Source: Podarcis liolepis
Lineage: Eukaryota
Reading direction: 5' to 3' (one strand)
Length of the DNA: 64,000 bases
NCBI GenBank assembly: GCA_965112155.1
Contig: OZ218101.1
In this document: positions 48,421 to 60,887 of the stretch, piece by piece
How the letters are laid out: each line of letters starts with the position of its first letter
Position numbering within the stretch: position 1 is the first letter of the stretch
The notes under the pieces: generated by a model
What the model was told of the DNA's origin: nothing
The model's input: only the letters and a program-made list of their open reading frames with translations
Database searches by the model: none
Translations under genes and position numbers: made by a program

Positions 48421-51400
48421 CTCCATCCATCTTAGCAGGAGCACACAGCCAGATTTCAGCTCTTTTCCCCTGCAAGGTTATTGTGCAAATTTGCAGGCAA
48501 CCTTTCCATTTGCAGAACGGTCTTTTGATTGGTAGAGGGGCACAGTTGGATTCAACCCACAGGTTTTTCCTGAGACATCTTTAGGAAGTAGCATTCTACT
48601 CTCTCCTAATTTGATATTGCTACAGTTCCTATTATTTTACAAAGCATCCTAATCCATAGGACCAATTTTACTATGGATTATTCTAAGCACATATATATTA
48701 TATGTCGTTTCTGCGAATTAAGCAGTTGAATTTACTTTATATTTATGGTCTTCCATGTGCACACTGCAGCAGTATAACATCTTATATTGTGTGCAAATGA
48801 TTAAAAGGATAAAATCTTTTACAAGATGCGTAACTGCTTGAATTACTACTCTCTTTTATATATTTTCACATGAAAATGTAAAGGCCAAAGGCATTTCCCC
48901 ACATTTAGTACCATTAAATCCATCATTAAACCTCTTGGTAAACACAGAATAAATTTAATAGAGCACCTCAAGTACAGATGCTGATGCCATGGTGTTAATA
49001 TTGTTGCAGATAAAAACGTAATAAATATTGCATTGCCAAGATAGCATTAGTCATACTATTGATTATATAGACAAAACGAACAATATTATTGAGATTAATG
49101 ACCACCGTATATTTATGTTAATGTGTTGATCTAGTCATTAGGATTGATACAAGGATGCTAAAACATTGCAATATTTTCAAACAGCAGAATGCTTATTCAT
49201 TCTTTAAATAAATACATCATAACGTTTTCTTATTTATTTATCTGTAAAAAACAGCACAAGGACATCGCCTTTCACTGCTGGTTGTTCTGAAAAAGGTTGC
49301 ATCATGTAGTATTGGGTATTGGTACAAGTTTTTAAAAACGTACTGAAATAAAAATACAACTTGATTATGAAACTACCTGTTTTAGTCCATTTGATTTCAT
49401 TTCTTTTTTAATTGCAATAATTAAATTCCTGTTTTCTTACCACCACACCTTAATTTAGCCACATTTGTCTACATTGCAGCAACCATGAATACTGATTGGA
49501 TGATAATTGTTCTTGTATGCTTTTTGATTTACAAACAGAATTTCGGTATGTTAGCCACTTAATTGCATTTTCATTGCATTTGTAGGTCCATGCCATTTTA
49601 CCTTACACATTATTTGAAAAATGCCAGCAAGAATTTTCTCATCCTCTGAAATGGTCATTGCGTTTGTAGATGCACTCACTGCCTTTTCTTTCTGCCTGAG
49701 GAGTATCCAAGTGGCTCCGGTTGACAAGGAGATGTACTTCGATTAATGCTGTTGTCATCTGAATAGTTTCAATATCTATTTTATAGTCGCCCTAGTGGCA
49801 CTTTACATAGATTAAATGTGAATTTCTTCTAGTGTCTGTCTAAGATAATCATGCACAGTAAGCATTATGAACCCTTCTTCAATCAGTAGAATGTTGTGGT
49901 TGCTATGCCAACAATTTGAGATCCAGCATTTACAACAGAGTGTAGAAAAAGTGGACGTCTGCCTAAGCCATAGCTTCCAGATCTTCTAATGTGGCCCTCC
50001 AGATGTTGCTTAACTCCCATACCCCCCAGCTGTTTGGTGTAATGGTAAGGGTTGAATGGAGCTATAGCCCAGCAACCTGTGAAATGCCACAGGTTAGCCA
50101 ACTCTAACGTTCTAATGTTCACCCTACCGGGGATGATGCCATCTGGGTCCACATTCTCCAGTGCTTCCTGAGATGGTCAGAGCCAGCACTCGGGAGATGG
50201 TTCAGAACACAAGAAGAGCCCTGATGAACCAGAACAAAGGCCCATCTAGTCCAGCATTCTGTTTCCTCCCAAAAGCATGCAAGCATACCTATGACTCCTA
50301 GCAACGGGTATTCAGAAGCATACTGGTGGTATAACATAGCTATCGGGGCTAGTTGTCTCTTCCTCTCACCTGTCAGCACTTAAGAGGATTCCGCAGATCA
50401 TTTAGGAGAGAGATTGTCAGCCTAGACCAGACAGTCCCTGTCAGAATGATGAGCTAGGCACCATGGTGGGGAGATAACTCTCGGCCAGTTAAATCATGCT
50501 GGCTAGGCTGTGATGGAGAGGAACGCAGTGATGGGGTGAGGGTGCAATTTCCCTGCCCATCACAGTACTGAGCTAGGCTGTATTGCAAAGGGAACTAGCT
50601 GGAGGAGAGCTTATAACAAGGCACTGCAAGGGGACTTAGCATGGGGAAGATCATAGGAAGGGGTGATTTTTGTGTGCGCACACTGTATGTGTAGTGCTCT
50701 GAGATAGGGTGCATTTACATGCTCGTGTGTGTTGACCATGCTCACTTTTTGGCTGCACCCATTGTGCCATGCAACCTCCAGATTAGGGTTTGCTGGCCCA
50801 ATCTTCTTAATACAAGAAAGGTTAAGAACCATTGAGTCACCAGCCAGCCATTCTCTATGTGGCCAATGCTGAGATCAAGACTGATATCCCATTTGGGACT
50901 AAGCCCTGATGAACTCATTGGGACTCACTTTTCAATAACATGCAAATAAGTGTTTATGTAGGAATTGTCCAGATATTCTCAGCAAAGTATAGGAAGCAGG
51001 ATTAAGAAAGAAATTAAGCTGAGGCTTTATAAAAGCCAAGCCATTTCCCCCCAAAATAAAATAAAATTCCCTGCTTTCTGGTATTTTATTATTACCAGCA
51101 CATGTCTTGAAATATTTCTTCTAAGCATCCACTGCATGCATGGCGGAGGAGGACACTATGCATACAAAATGCATCTCTGGAGTCTGGCATGGTACCAAGA
51201 TGTCAGTGAATCGTCTTCACACAAAGATCTGGGGTTAAGGAGGGGCATGTGTTGTCAGGGGAAGGGGAAATAATCCAAACTGGGCTTCCTGAGGATAAAA
51301 AGTAATCCATAAGACGGGAGAGGGGAGGAGAGAGAGAAATTGAAAAGGGACGAGAAGCCCAACTTGATGGGATTTCAAAGTGAGGTTAATTATAGAAAAT

Positions 51401-51506
51401 AAAACTGATTGGAAAGAATCTGTACATTCTTTTAGGGTCAGCTGAAGGTTATAGCAGGCAGTTCCAGAACCCTGAAGTGGATGTTCTCCAATCCATGGTC
51501 AATGTG

Positions 51507-51747
51507 CAGTGGAACCTCTGTTTTTGAACGTAATCCGTTCCAGAAGTCTGTTTGACTTCCAAAATGTTCGAAAACCGAAAATCAAAGGGCTGTCAACAAA
51601 GTGAATGGTGAAAATGGAAAAATGCACCGCGGAAACCGTTCGACTTCCAAGGTGTGTTCAAAAACAGAAGTGTTCACTTCTTGGTTTTCAGCGTTCAGCT
51701 TCTGAAATGTTTGGCAGCCGAGATGTTTGAAAACCGAGGTTCCACTG
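51507..51747. mobile_element. Tc1/mariner (Tigger-like) MITE
   Basis: TIR cagtggaacctc / gaggttccactg-TA. Confidence 0.82.
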
Positions 51748-51869
51748 TATAAGGAGTCTGCAAGACAGCAAGCAAATGATTTTCTTGGTTTATTGGGCAA
51801 GGTGGTCCGGTTTATTTGTGCAGGTCCATATCCTACAACATTCCTCTGGTGAAAATGGGAATGTCCTAT

Positions 51870-51964
51870 ATATTATATTATATTATATTATATTATATTA
51901 TATTATATTATATTATATTATATTATATTATATTATATTATATTATATTATATTATATTATATT
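51870..51964. repeat. (ATATT)n microsatellite
   Basis: Direct reading. Confidence 0.95.
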
Positions 51965-54900
51965 TACTGTTGTGGAGGTGGGGGGATGATTAACAAAATC
52001 AGTCCTCCTGGCAAACTTGGAATATCCCCTCACTCACCCAAGTTTAGGATATTCCACCATTCTTCAGCAGAGTTTCTTTTTCTTTGAGAAAAATAAGTGG
52101 CTCACATAAATGTAAACTAAGTTTTAATAATAAAGAAAACTGTAAGAAAATAACATAATGTCTGAGAGAAAGTGAAACAACATCATGAGGCAAGCCTGAG
52201 GCAAGAAACAAGAAGAGGCAGTTGGTCCCTCTTAACTGAAGTTCTTAACTGAACACACACGGGAGGGGCTGATTCCGGAGCAAGACACACAAGCCCCGCC
52301 CACCAGATACCACGCACTCTACTATCCAAATTAGGCCCCAGGGTTTTTCTTACATATACCCCGCCCATCTAACTGGGTCGCCCCCGCCACTCTAGGAGGC
52401 TTCCAACATATATAAAAGCATAATAAAACATTAAAAAGCTTCCCTATACAGGGTTGCCTTCAGGTGTCTTCTAAAAGTTGTATAGTTACATGTCTCCTTG
52501 GCTGGGGGGTCGCATAACTCCATATGCTCCGATGAAAATAAGGATGTCCTACCATACCCTTTCCCATTTCTCTGATGAAAATAGTGACGTTCTAAGGAAA
52601 AGTGGGACAATCTGGGATCAAATCAGGAACCGGGATGGCTTCTGTAAATCTAGGACTATCTCTGGAACACAGGGACACTTGAAGGATCTGCAGGTCTGGA
52701 CAAACATGGGACATGGGCATAGCCAGGATTTTTGTTGGGGGGGGGGCAGGACTTTGTTAGGGAGGGGCAAGACTTTTGTTAGGGGGGGGCAGATCCGATG
52801 TGATTGCTTAGTTACATATTTCTATTGCTCAGTTAAGTATTTCTATTCTATTGTTTTACTTGATCGTGGGAGGGCAGCTGCTCAATGCACCTAGTTGTAT
52901 GTATGCTTTGAATAGTGTATATATGTAATTTGACTGAAGAATATTTCAAACTTTATTTCAAGTTAAACCACTTTGCCCAGGAGAGGTGGTATAGTGCTTA
53001 GAAACCTCAATAGTATGTTGAGGCTTTATTCATGATTGTAAAATGCTTTGAAATTGACAGATAAAAGACAACTCATGCTGTTAGTGCTAAGTATTATTGC
53101 TTTAAAGGATGAAACAAAAGAGAGAGGGGGGCAATTACAGGTTTAATACTCACTATGAACACAAGCACTGTAGCATAACAATTGCATAACATTTTAAAAA
53201 TAAATATTTATCTTCAAACATAAGCATAATTTAAAATAACCTGGTACTCTGTTTAAAAATGTTCAGTTTCCTGCAAACATATAGCAGCATAGAAACGAAG
53301 AAGCCATGTGACGAAGCATAGGGAATACTGTGTTGCTGTCACTCTGGAGACAATTTGCTGATGTGTAGCTATACTTGGAAACACATGGAGTTGCTCCATT
53401 TCTAGCTCAGAAAACAGTTTCATTCCAAAGGAAGTTGTTTGTTGTGAGAGTAAATGAAGAGCAAGCCTTTTGTGTCATTGTAACGTGCCATCTGCTCCCC
53501 TTTGAGTCCCAAGTGGAAGGACCCAGTTTAAGAAATTAGCAGCAACTCTACTTTCACGTCTTATCCAAGTCAAGACTACCTAGCTGGCCTAAATGATCAG
53601 TCAAGTATTTAAAAGCGCCTAGTTTGCAAGGGTTACTAAACAATTTCTAATTACAGGATCAGATACATAAATTGAAGACTAGTTGATTGCACTAGTACCG
53701 CTTATTCTGTAGGCAGAAAGACAACACAGGCTTAATTCACACTCTGTTACTGTGTGCAAAACCTTTATGTATCAGCGAAGAAGAATGTGTGAGAAGGAAA
53801 GTGTTTTTCCACACATTAATAGTCCAAGATGAGTTTACCATCTGGCACAGTGGATTTCAAGTCACCGAGAAGTCTTAAACACGAACACTCATAAAGATAC
53901 TTTTATTTTCTGGTGTGTACTTTAAGTTCCATCAGTTTGATTCTGATCTTCTCCTTTTGTGCCCTTGCCATCTCTCTGTAACAACCCCCCCCCCTCCTTC
54001 TCACACTGGCCAAATTGATTGTTTTATTGTTACAGCAGGATGAAAATAATTTTAAGGAAGGAGTTTTCATACAGTGTTTTGAATTCTCTACAGATAACTA
54101 AACTGAAAAGGTCCTGGCGATACCTTAGTAGCAAATATAATCTGCTTTGTTCTATTATTTTAATGTAGGTATGTTAAATGCCTTGATAAAAAATTGTATG
54201 AAGCTTGTACGTAGCTGTACCAAATGTTACAGCCAAGCCTGTAACACATAGCATCAAGCTAAGAACAAATGGTGTAATAGAGAAGGAAAAACTATGTTTC
54301 ACTTCTGTACATGACTATTGTGATGAACATGACCACTGTTTACTCCAAACTTCTGTTGTGGTTTTTTTTTCCCATTTAACTAAGAAATTGCTATTAAGAC
54401 TGAAAAACTTGTAGCCCATGGTTACAATTTTGGCAGTTCCAACATTTTTGGGTAATGATACTAATCACATAACAGAATAATGGAAGCTAAATTTCGTGTG
54501 GATATCCTATTTGTGATAATTAATATGCATTCTTCAAAAGTCTTCATCTAAACCACACGTAAAACCTCATTCCAAATTGTAAGAGGTGATGAAATGGGCA
54601 CATTTAGATGTGACAGCAAACCATGGTTTCCTGTCTTGTGCACAAGCAGCCATGAACCTTGGTTGTGTGCAGCCTTTCATTTCCTCTTCCTCCTCCACAT
54701 GTAAAGGGAAGAGACAACCATCCATCTGTCACTGTGTTCAAATGTGCTTTGCCCTTCAAACCAGAATCTGAACCATAGTTTGATCTTGATTCATAAATGG
54801 CATCTTGTGCTTTAGTTGATGTGGCAAATGCTAATAACCTATTCTTTCACCTTTTGTTGTTGTTGTTAACCCAACTCCTTCATATTTCATCTGGTGGAGA

Positions 54901-55554
54901 CTAAATGTTGCAATTTTATTTTAACGCTAATAACCATATATTGAACTCTGCTCTGTACTTCTTATTTCAGCACTAAATGCATGCATGTGGCCCAGATCTA
55001 GAATGAAATTAATCCCAATATGACCTTCTTCAAATATTTTAGCACCAAAAATGTAAAGGCTACTGCAGATGCCTTATTTGCTGTTACACATGTAATGGTT
55101 CAACTTATTTAAAATTGTTTTTGCTTTATGGGCAACAGGTTGTGCTTTCATTTTATTGTACCTTTCAACCTAAAAAAACTATACCAAAAGACATCTCTGT
55201 TGCAGATATAAACTATGTCATATAAAATTTCTTCATTGTTACTAGATTCCCCCATTAATGTATGTTTTTAACTGCCTGCCAACCTGGAAACATTTTCTTG
55301 GCAACTCTGGCTGATTTGGAAACACTGAACATTTTTTCCATTCCTCTTCTGTCTGCATATATTCTGCCATCTGTCATGTTCTGGAAAACAGACAGTCTCA
55401 TATCATGTTCTTTACGGTTTTTCACATTCTCTTTTATATTTGTTACTTGAAATTGGTCCAAGGTAATCTTCAGTCTATAGCAACTGCTTAGTTAGCAAAG
55501 TTTAAAAATAGCATTCATGTTAGTATGCACTACATGTACTATTGTAGCTGCTGC

Positions 55555-55555
<1 letters not shown>

Positions 55556-55601
<46 letters not shown>
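55556..55601. repeat. (ATT)n microsatellite
   Basis: Direct reading. Confidence 0.95.
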
Positions 55602-55605
<4 letters not shown>

Positions 55606-56724
55606 AACAGAGACCTGGACCTGAATTATCTTAGCTCTTTTCTGCATAGTCTCTTTCCTCGTTCCCAAGAGTCATCCATTTATCTTCATTAGCCACTTGT
55701 TCCAGTCTGCTGCTAGTTTTAACCAGGAAACAAGCTGTATTAGCTTTGCATAGCAATTCAGGAATTAGAATCCACAGTTCTTGGAGGAATAAGGCCAATG
55801 CACCAATAAAGATTGTACCTTGATTAATCAAATAATCTCAGTTTGCCTGAGCTGGACCACTGTTCAGACAATTGTCTCATCACATAGCCCACTGCATTTG
55901 TTTAAGCACTTAGTTTCTAAATAGATACTGAGATGCAACGGAGGAACACGATCAATTCTTTCCCTTCTAATCTGTTTTAGGGGCAGGAGGAGATGGATTT
56001 ATTATAAAAGTACCCTGCATTCTAAACCGCCCTGTGATCTTCGGATGAAGAGTGGTATATAAATTAAATAAAATAAATATGTAATTATTCTAGAAGGTAG
56101 TTTAACCCAGTTACTGAGCTCTTGGAAAACAGCTGTTTACATCAGGGGTGGGAAGAAGACAGATTGGCATCTACTAGTAGACCTCTGGGTGATTTGCAAC
56201 TAAAAGACTATTTTCTTCCTTGAAATTAGGCTAAATTCTAATTAAGAAAGCTTAGGGGAGAAAACCAGCAGGGGGATTTCTTTTGTAAAAACGAGCTGCA
56301 AACACATTCCTGGTACTTAAAGCAATTCCTGCACTGGTTAGGCTTGTGCTCAGAGGGACTATGCTCCTTCATTCACTTCAGTGTGACTTTGCCCCAAAGC
56401 AGCTGTATGGTACCTGCTGGCGTAAGTTGGTGGATATTGGGGTTCTAATAAAAAGCAAAGCAGATTTTGGATGTGCTGTTCTTCATGAAAGTACTGCATG
56501 ACTGACCCAGGAAGGTTAAGTCCTCTTGGAAATGAATGGGTCACATCCAGATTTTGTTGGATTACATCCCACAGCCAGCATGGTCAGTAATCAAGAACTG
56601 ATGGCACGTGGTCCAGCAACTTATGGAGGTTTGCAAGTTCCCCAGCCCTACTCTAGAAAGATTTCCAAGGGCCAGGGGGATGTTGAGTGTAGCACGTCCT
56701 GATTTACTTCTTATTACAATTAGA

Positions 56725-57108
56725 GGGACGTGGGTGGTGCTGTGGTCTAAACCACTGAGCCTTGGGCTTGCCGATCGAAAGGTTGGCGGTTCGAATCCCC
56801 GCGATGGGGGGATCTCCTGTTGCTCGGTTCCAGCTCCTGCCAACCCAGCAGTTCAAAAGCATGCCAAAAAGTGCAAGTAGATTAATAGGTTCCTCTCCGA
56901 CGGGAAGGTAAACGGCGTTTCCGTGCGCTGCTCTGGTGTCGGGGTTCCGTTGCGCCAGAAGCGGCTTAGTCATGCTGCCCACATGACCCAGAAAAACTGT
57001 CTGCAGAACAAACAAACGCCAGCCCCCTCGGCCAATAAAGCGAGATGAGCACCACAACCCCAGAGTTGTTCACGACTGGACTTAACTGTCTGTGGTCCCT
57101 TTACCTTT
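56725..57108 (+). mobile_element. Full-length Sauria SINE
   Basis: Head, B box and tail present. 11-bp TSD ttacaattaga (56714-24, 57109-19). Confidence 0.93.
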
Positions 57109-57602
57109 TTACAATTAGAGGATTGCCGGTAAATTAATAAATCTTAGGTCGAATCAGATCTCTCCCTGGGCAAAATCCTGGGGAAAAACAGAATCTGAAC
57201 AAGGCCTGTGTTGAAAGCCTTTTACTGTGTGATTTTAGAAATACCTGAAGATTACTTGCATCTTATTCTTTATCAGATGAGAGTTATAAGAAGAATTAGA
57301 AGAAGAAGAATTTTACTAGAGATAAGTGAATGAGAAAACAGTTTAGATTGCAACCTAAATGATTTTCTGATTTAAAGGCACCCACAGAGGTGACATGTGG
57401 CTAATAAACTGTTTAACATTTGTAGCCCCCAATAAAATAAAAGGCTGCGTCTTTTATTAGAAAATAAACTTTTTATCAAAGAGGGATTAAAGGTAACCAT
57501 CATAACTCACAAACAATCTTTAAATATTTTTTCCTGTTTATTATTTCAAGATTGTGTATCAGGCTAATCAACTGACAAAATGCTGTTACATATTTTACTG
57601 GA

Positions 57603-57960
57603 AATAATAATAATAATAATAATAGTAGTAGTAGTAGTAGTAAAATTTATATTCCCCCTATACCCACAGGTCTCAGGGCAGTTCACAGGATAAAATTACA
57701 ATATAAAACCACAAAATACATAACTGAAATAAAACCAGAAACAGCCGAATAACACCCCGCCCCCCCCCAAAAAAACACATTTTAGAAGGGCATTGGATGG
57801 CAGTCACCCAAAGGCCTGGTTAAAGAGGAACATTTTTGCCTGGTGCCTAAAGATGTATAATGAAGGCGCCAAGTGAACCTCCCTGGGGAGAGGATTCCAC
57901 AAGTGGGGAGCCACTGCAAAAAAAGGCCTGTTCTCATGTTGCCATGCCTCCTCAAACTCC
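57603..57960 (-). mobile_element. L2-like LINE 3' end with (AAT)/(AGT) tail
   Basis: ttccacaagtggggagccactgcaaaaaaaggcc is the reverse complement of an L2-like AFxxxAPxLWN coding stretch. A microsatellite tail lies at 57603-57642. Confidence 0.65.
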
Positions 57961-58111
57961 ACAGGAGTGTGAGATTCGAGGGGTCAAGGCGTTTACCCAG
58001 GGTTTGTGTTTCCTTTGGAAATGAGGCACAGTGGAGACTGTGGTGTCTTTATTATATATGGTTTATTAAATTATATTAAATATAATTTTGAAATCTCTTC
58101 TTCTTTTTAAG

Positions 58112-58198
58112 GAAATGACCCATTCATGGCCTCCGCCCCTTTCTGCTATTCACACACCTGGCAAATTGGAACAAAACAAGTTTCCTTTCACCAACAAG
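58112..58198 (+). CDS. AFF3: Internal coding exon (87 nt, phase 0/0) of an AF4/FMR2-family gene: [29 protein letters not shown]
   Basis: Acceptor tctcttcttctttttaAG (58110-11) and donor AAG|GTaaat (58199). Carries the AFF motif [16 protein letters not shown]...KFPF. The residues PLSAI, PGK and terminal NK fit AFF3 best among paralogues, as do the very long introns. The paralogue call is from recall. Confidence 0.88.
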
Positions 58199-58454
58199 GT
58201 AAATAGCTTTATCTTTAACCTTTACCACCCTCCATTCTAATGAGGAACCTGAACTACATGGGCCATATCCTGTTGGGGGAACCATGAGAACAGATTTGGG
58301 GGACATGTGAGGGGAGGAAAGAACGGAAGTCTTATTGTGCCATTGGTATTACACATGCAGAGCATTGGACACAACCCTGTGTCGTAACTGTTTATATACC
58401 ATCCGTGTTTCATCTCCTTTGGAGTTGAAGATTGAAAATATAACTAGAGAGTTG

Positions 58455-58601
58455 CAGTGCCGTAGCGTGGGTTGTCAGCACCAGGGGCAAGGCAAGTAAT
58501 TTGCGCCCCCTAACCCGTGGATTTGCGCCCCCTAATCCTAACCCCCAGATGTTGCGCCTGGTGCGGCCGGCCCCCCCTGCACCCCCCACGCTACGCCACT
58601 G
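58455..58601. mobile_element. hAT MITE
   Basis: 17-bp TIR cagtg(c/g)cgtagcgtggg and perfect 8-bp TSD gagagttg. Confidence 0.9.
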
Positions 58602-59911
58602 GAGAGTTGACCTGAATGTAGTATTTTGCATAGCTTTGCAACTTCAGATCTGCAGATAAAGCCTTTGGAACATTTCAAACCTAGTTGTCGTGTGCGCATT
58701 TTCCTCCCCTCCTAACTTTAACTTGCATAAGGCAATCTGCTTTTTATCAACATTCATTTAAAAATTACCCTCATGGCTGGTTACCAAACCTATACCATCA
58801 TCTGCTGCCTCTACTCCACTCTTTATAAATCTTCTGTCAGACCTCTGCCCTTTTCCTTTACTTCTGCTTTCTGTGTTATTGACTACTGCTACAGGCCAAT
58901 GATTGTATCAGCTCTTGTGATTTGTAAAATATCAGCAGCACACTGTTGATTATAAATAAATGTGTGTTGTTGTTGTTTTTTAAAAAAAGTTGTGTTGTGA
59001 AGTTGTTGCGATTCCAAAGTCATGTATCTGAAGTACAGGAAGAGAGGCAATGCCAGAAACCCCAGCAGCCTCATACACTGGGATAGCCAACCACATTGGT
59101 TCATAAAGGGGAATAGCAAGGTAGAGAGAGAAGTAGGATAAGCAGTTGTAACAATTAATTAGAAAGGAGATAGGAGCATTAAAGTGTTTCCTATATTTGT
59201 ATTGATGTGGTAAATTAACCACACATCTCGAGAAAGCGGTAGTTTTTGCTCATTTGTGTTTAAAAATATAATCTTGATTATGTTAGCCCTCAGGCATTTT
59301 GAACTACTTTTAACCTGTACTTCAGCTAATTGCTAGTCTGACAGCTTGAAATTTACACTGTATTAAATAGGCAATTAAAATTCCACAGGCTGTCATGGCT
59401 GCAGCCAAGCTTATTTGATATCAGTCTAGAAATCAAAGCTAAATAACTGTCTGTAAAAATTTCATTTTATTCCTATGGAATATGCTGTATAACAATAAAG
59501 GAAATTTAATGTCAAGTAGACTTATTGGCTTCAATTCAGCTGGGGACTCAGTGGTATGCCAGACATACCATTTGCACAGCTGCTTTTGTCTTCCAGTTCG
59601 TTCTTCAGCCACCCCTTTGCTGAATTGCTTTTTTAAACTTAGGGGTTGGTGGCAAATATAGTCCAACCCAGTGATTCGGTAAAAGAGAACACAGAAATAG
59701 GAAGCAGCAGAAACAGCAGTCCACAAAGCCTTGAAGATCAAGGCAACTGAATACAGGAGTTTGCATCCTCTAATCTCAGTGCGATTGGCAAACTGAACAT
59801 TTCCAGTATTACTCAATTGGGGGCATAAAGTTTCAATTTGTGGTCATTGTTATAATACTGGAAAAGAGAGCTCTATTCCATGTTGCTTTGCTTTCTATGT
59901 TCAAAACTATA

Positions 59912-60197
59912 CCATGGTACCTCTGTTCTCAAACTTAATCCATTTCGGAAGTCTGTTTCAAAACCAAAGCGTTCCAAAACCAAGGCACGCTTTCCCATAG
60001 AAAGTGATGCAAAATAGATTAATCCATTCCAGACTTTTAAAAACAACCCCTAAAACAGCAATTTAACATGAATTTTACTATCTAATGAGATCATTGATCC
60101 ATAAAATGAAAGCAATAATCAATGTACAATGTACTGTACTATAAAATAAATAAGACAGTATTGTAGATGATAATTTTTTTTCTTACGTGCACTGATA
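59912..60197 (+). mobile_element. Truncated Tigger-like MITE (40143 family)
   Basis: Co-linear with 40143-40430. Confidence 0.8.
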
Positions 60198-60239
60198 CCT
60201 GCATACAGGATGTTTCCTTACACACACATTTTTTGTGTA

Positions 60240-60452
60240 CAGTGGTACCTCGGGTTATAGACGCTTCAGGTTACAGACTCCGCTAACCCAGAAATAGTAC
60301 CTCGGGTTAAAAACTTTGCTTCAGGATGAGAACAGAAATCACACGGTGGTGGGGAGGCCCCATTAGCTAAAGTGGTGCTTCAGGTTAAGAACAGTTTCAG
60401 GTTAAGAACGGACCTCCAGAACTAATTAAGTTCTTAACCTGAGGTACCACTG
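60240..60452 (+). mobile_element. Tc1/mariner (Tigger-like) MITE
   Basis: TA-cagtggtacctc ... gaggtaccactg-TA. Confidence 0.9.
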
Positions 60453-60597
60453 TATATGTTTTATTTTTAATGGCTTTCTGTAGCTATGTGGTATTATTTC
60501 ATAATAAACATAATGAGCACAACTTTGCAGCGTAGTTACATTATTTCATTTATTTATTTAGACTTAGGCTCCATCTTTCCTTTGCTATGGAACCTAA

Positions 60598-60887
60598 GGC
60601 TGGATCTACACTGACCTTTTTAACATTATTAGAACGATATGAGCTATATCATTCTAAAATGTCACAGGGCATACCACTAAAAAAAAAATGTTCATTACCT
60701 TAACGTTGTTCCTCCATAACAGCAGTTTCCTTTACTGCCTGGTTCTTGGTTGCTCTGCAGCGCCCTCTGGTGCCACATTTTAATAATGCATTATTAACGT
60801 TCTTAGCAAAACGTAATGTGACCCTTACATTTTGAAAATTATTCTTTAACTCTTTATTAATGTTATAAACCATGAGTGTAGATCCTC
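60598..60887. mobile_element. Imperfectly palindromic MITE (PIF/Harbinger-like) carrying a CTCF-like motif
   Basis: Inverted ends ggatctacact / agtgtagatcc and central gcagcgccctctggtgcc (60757-60774). Confidence 0.55.

Noticed and set aside
49787-49800. CTCF-like gtcgccctagtggc
   Set aside because: Two core positions mismatch when aligned to the consensus.
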